59,455 bases of DNA from Oligoflexales bacterium (lineage in GTDB: Bacteria > Bdellovibrionota_B > Oligoflexia > Oligoflexales > RGVZ01), in contig JBIKKO010000005.1 of NCBI GenBank assembly GCA_044360315.1, positions 1 through 59,455 of the forward strand, in the 5' to 3' direction. The position numbers and the translations under genes were made by a program. The notes under the pieces were generated by a model, which was given only the letters and a program-made list of their open reading frames with translations, was not told the origin of the DNA and made no database searches. Positions within the stretch are counted from its first letter, which is position 1. Each line of letters starts with the position of its first letter. This document shows, one piece after another, positions 57,527 to 59,455 of this stretch.

Positions 57527-58144
57527 ATGAAAATTGCATCAAACACTGTGCTGAGCGTCGTCGTTGGTTGTCTGTCGTTAGCGTTCGTTAGCTGTGATAG
57601 CTATACAACACATTCACTATGTTCCGGGGCGACAGGTCCGATTGAGGGCATCACAGGCTCTTACGAGGTGAGTTTTCGCCAGTCTGAGACGTTTGGCATT
57701 ACAACGACAACCTTTGATATTATGCCTGATGACAAGGGACGCGCTTACCGCGTTCAATCTGAAGATAACAACTCCTCACTACTTATCTGTAATGTCGCCG
57801 GACAGTATCTGTTCGAGCATTTTGATGATGTGACTCAACTTTATAGTCAAGGACGTCTTTACATCGGTCAAATGGGTCTGCTGTTTCAGCCACTCATGTA
57901 TGATAAGTTAAAGCTTGATGGTGCGGGAATACCCAACAAGATCTCAGTTATTCCAGATAAATTTAGAGGTCTCTTAGGTGACGTTTGGTCAAGTCGGGCG
58001 GATCGAGTTGTCTCGTCAATTCTGGCGATGCTCGGCCAAGATGACCAAGCTGTGCTAGTTGTTGATAACAGTAACGCCAAACCTGGAGATTTATTGCAGC
58101 ACGCAAAACCCTCTGTCATCGGATTCACAGCTGTTCGACGCTAG
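57527..58144 (+). CDS. Hypothetical lipoprotein
   Basis: AGGAGA RBS; signal peptide ending FVSC; followed by a hairpin. Confidence 0.7.
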   Translation: MKIASNTVLSVVVGCLSLAFVSCDSYTTHSLCSGATGPIEGITGSYEVSFRQSETFGITTTTFDIMPDDKGRAYRVQSEDNNSSLLICNVAGQYLFEHFDDVTQLYSQGRLYIGQMGLLFQPLMYDKLKLDGAGIPNKISVIPDKFRGLLGDVWSSRADRVVSSILAMLGQDDQAVLVVDNSNAKPGDLLQHAKPSVIGFTAVRR

Positions 58145-58156
58145 TTGTAAGTCGTG

Positions 58157-58188
58157 AAGGGCGCACGCATCAACGCGTGCGCCCCTTT
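58157..58188. terminator. Strong hairpin, probable terminator
   Basis: GGGCGCACGC-ATCAAC-GCGTGCGCCC; short T tail. Confidence 0.6.
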
Positions 58189-58273
58189 AAGCTGAGCGGC
58201 TATGGGAGCTGTCCTTAATATGTGATTGTTTGAGCCTTTGCTTGGCTGTAAGATTACGGCAAGGAAATCAACC

Positions 58274-59116
58274 ATGCGCCCCTATATCTTTGAATATGAA
58301 TTTCACCGCGACTACCTGCGGGACATGATGAAGTGGTGGTCTACCCAAGACAGTAAGTATAGCTTGAGGTGGTACTCCAAACGGCTCGGTTTCTCATCTC
58401 CGTCTATGCTATCCATGTCGCTATCTGGGACAAGGACTCTGCCGCTCGATAAGTTAATGTTACTGGTGGATGCGTTGCACCTCCTAGCAGATGAAGTTGA
58501 GTTTCTAAGAATTATCTACGACCTAGAGTTGTGTCAGGACGACCGGGAGAGGGAACGGCTTATGACGATTAGGCGCAATCGGTTTGGGGGTGGTCCTTTC
58601 CAAAATATAGACACGCTAGCTCCTGAGTATTTCTCATCTTGGTATTTACCCGCGTTGCGCGAGCTTGTTGCTGTAGCAGACTTTAAGCCTGATCCGTTTT
58701 GGATCAGTATGAAGTTGGGAATAACGCCGATGGAGGCCCGTGACGGGCTTCTCACTCAGCTTCGCATTGGCCAGATTATTATCGAAAATGGCGTGTATAA
58801 ACGCGCAATCAACAGTGTTCAACCGGTAACGCCTCCGGCCGTGGTTCGAGACTATGTTCGAAATCACATCGTAAAATCGTCAGAGATTTTTGACATTGAT
58901 CGCAATCGTCGATATGCGAATGCATTGACCGTTGCCGTATCGCAGGAGGTGTTTGATAAGATTCCTGAGATACTCGCGCGAGTCATCGCTGAGGTAGACT
59001 CCCTTGCTGAGGCGGTCGAGCATAGGACGGATCTCGTGCAGTTAAACGTCCAGTTTTACTCTTTACTGGACCTCGCGCAGAAAGACCGGGTAAAGTTAAA
59101 GGATTTAACCGACTAG
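58274..59116 (+). CDS. TIGR02147/DUF4423-like protein with N-terminal HTH
   Basis: IFEY...RDYL, SLR..S..LGFSSPS.L...G.R, W...ALREL, I..KLGI...EA, QLNVQFY. Confidence 0.8.
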   Translation: MRPYIFEYEFHRDYLRDMMKWWSTQDSKYSLRWYSKRLGFSSPSMLSMSLSGTRTLPLDKLMLLVDALHLLADEVEFLRIIYDLELCQDDRERERLMTIRRNRFGGGPFQNIDTLAPEYFSSWYLPALRELVAVADFKPDPFWISMKLGITPMEARDGLLTQLRIGQIIIENGVYKRAINSVQPVTPPAVVRDYVRNHIVKSSEIFDIDRNRRYANALTVAVSQEVFDKIPEILARVIAEVDSLAEAVEHRTDLVQLNVQFYSLLDLAQKDRVKLKDLTD

Positions 59117-59165
59117 TGCTTTTGTAGTAATAAGCTTTTAGAATTCGTTATAAGAAGGGGGCGCT

Positions 59166-59455
59166 GTGACTGGGTTGTTTTGCTGGAGTCATTTAATCTT
59201 ATTTTTCATTTCATCGTTAGCTCTAGGCAGTCCGGGAAAGTCTTATACGGGATCTGCCAGCGGTAATCCCTTCAATGCAGATTTTGACTTCAGTATGAAG
59301 TTGGTACCAACTTGGACTAAAGAGGAACTTTTCTTGAAAATGACAGCTGCCTCGGATCAGCCAGTAGAGACTTGGGTGCTTCGTAATGCGGCTATTGGAC
59401 TTGAACAATCATGGATGACGATTGAATTTTTCTCCGGATTGCCTGTGGATAGTCT
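59166..59455 (+). CDS. Hypothetical exported protein, partial (runs off window end)
   Basis: Manual translation open to the end: VTGLFCWSHLILFFISSLALGSPGKSY...; signal-peptide-like N-terminus; AAGGGG RBS. Confidence 0.6.
   Translation, partial: MTGLFCWSHLILFFISSLALGSPGKSYTGSASGNPFNADFDFSMKLVPTWTKEELFLKMTAASDQPVETWVLRNAAIGLEQSWMTIEFFSGLPVDS

Noticed and set aside
59223-59408. 61-aa minus-strand ORF
   Set aside because: Antisense to a better supported + strand ORF starting at 59166
1-59455. CRISPR array, rRNA, transposase or integrase
   Set aside because: No regularly spaced repeats or matching motifs seen on reading

Overview
Bacterial core-chromosome window. Gene content (TIGR02147-like protein, bacterial topoisomerase VI, mfd-PPIase-SurA cluster, split nuo cluster) suggests Bdellovibrionota/Oligoflexia; this placement is inference only. 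It contains the end of rplS, trxA-rnhB-yraN, several enzymes, the S10-spc-alpha ribosomal protein cluster (rpsJ..rplQ) lacking rplX and map, a single LptF/G-family permease, mfd-PPIase-SurA, top6B-top6A, gpsA-cinA, a complex I cluster with only the seven membrane subunits (nuoA,H,J,K,L,M,N) and a GldA/F/G-like ABC system with a DUF4340 gene. The one accessory segment (about 39.7-42.3 kb) has two class IIC group II intron remnants, each directly after a hairpin and carrying complementary pieces of one maturase. They flank an AAA_14/DUF4143-type ATPase and a 5'-defective tRNA-Leu(CAA), and the second remnant now supplies the C-terminus of the cinA-like gene. No CRISPR array or rRNA was seen. All calls come from reading motifs by eye; no searches were run.
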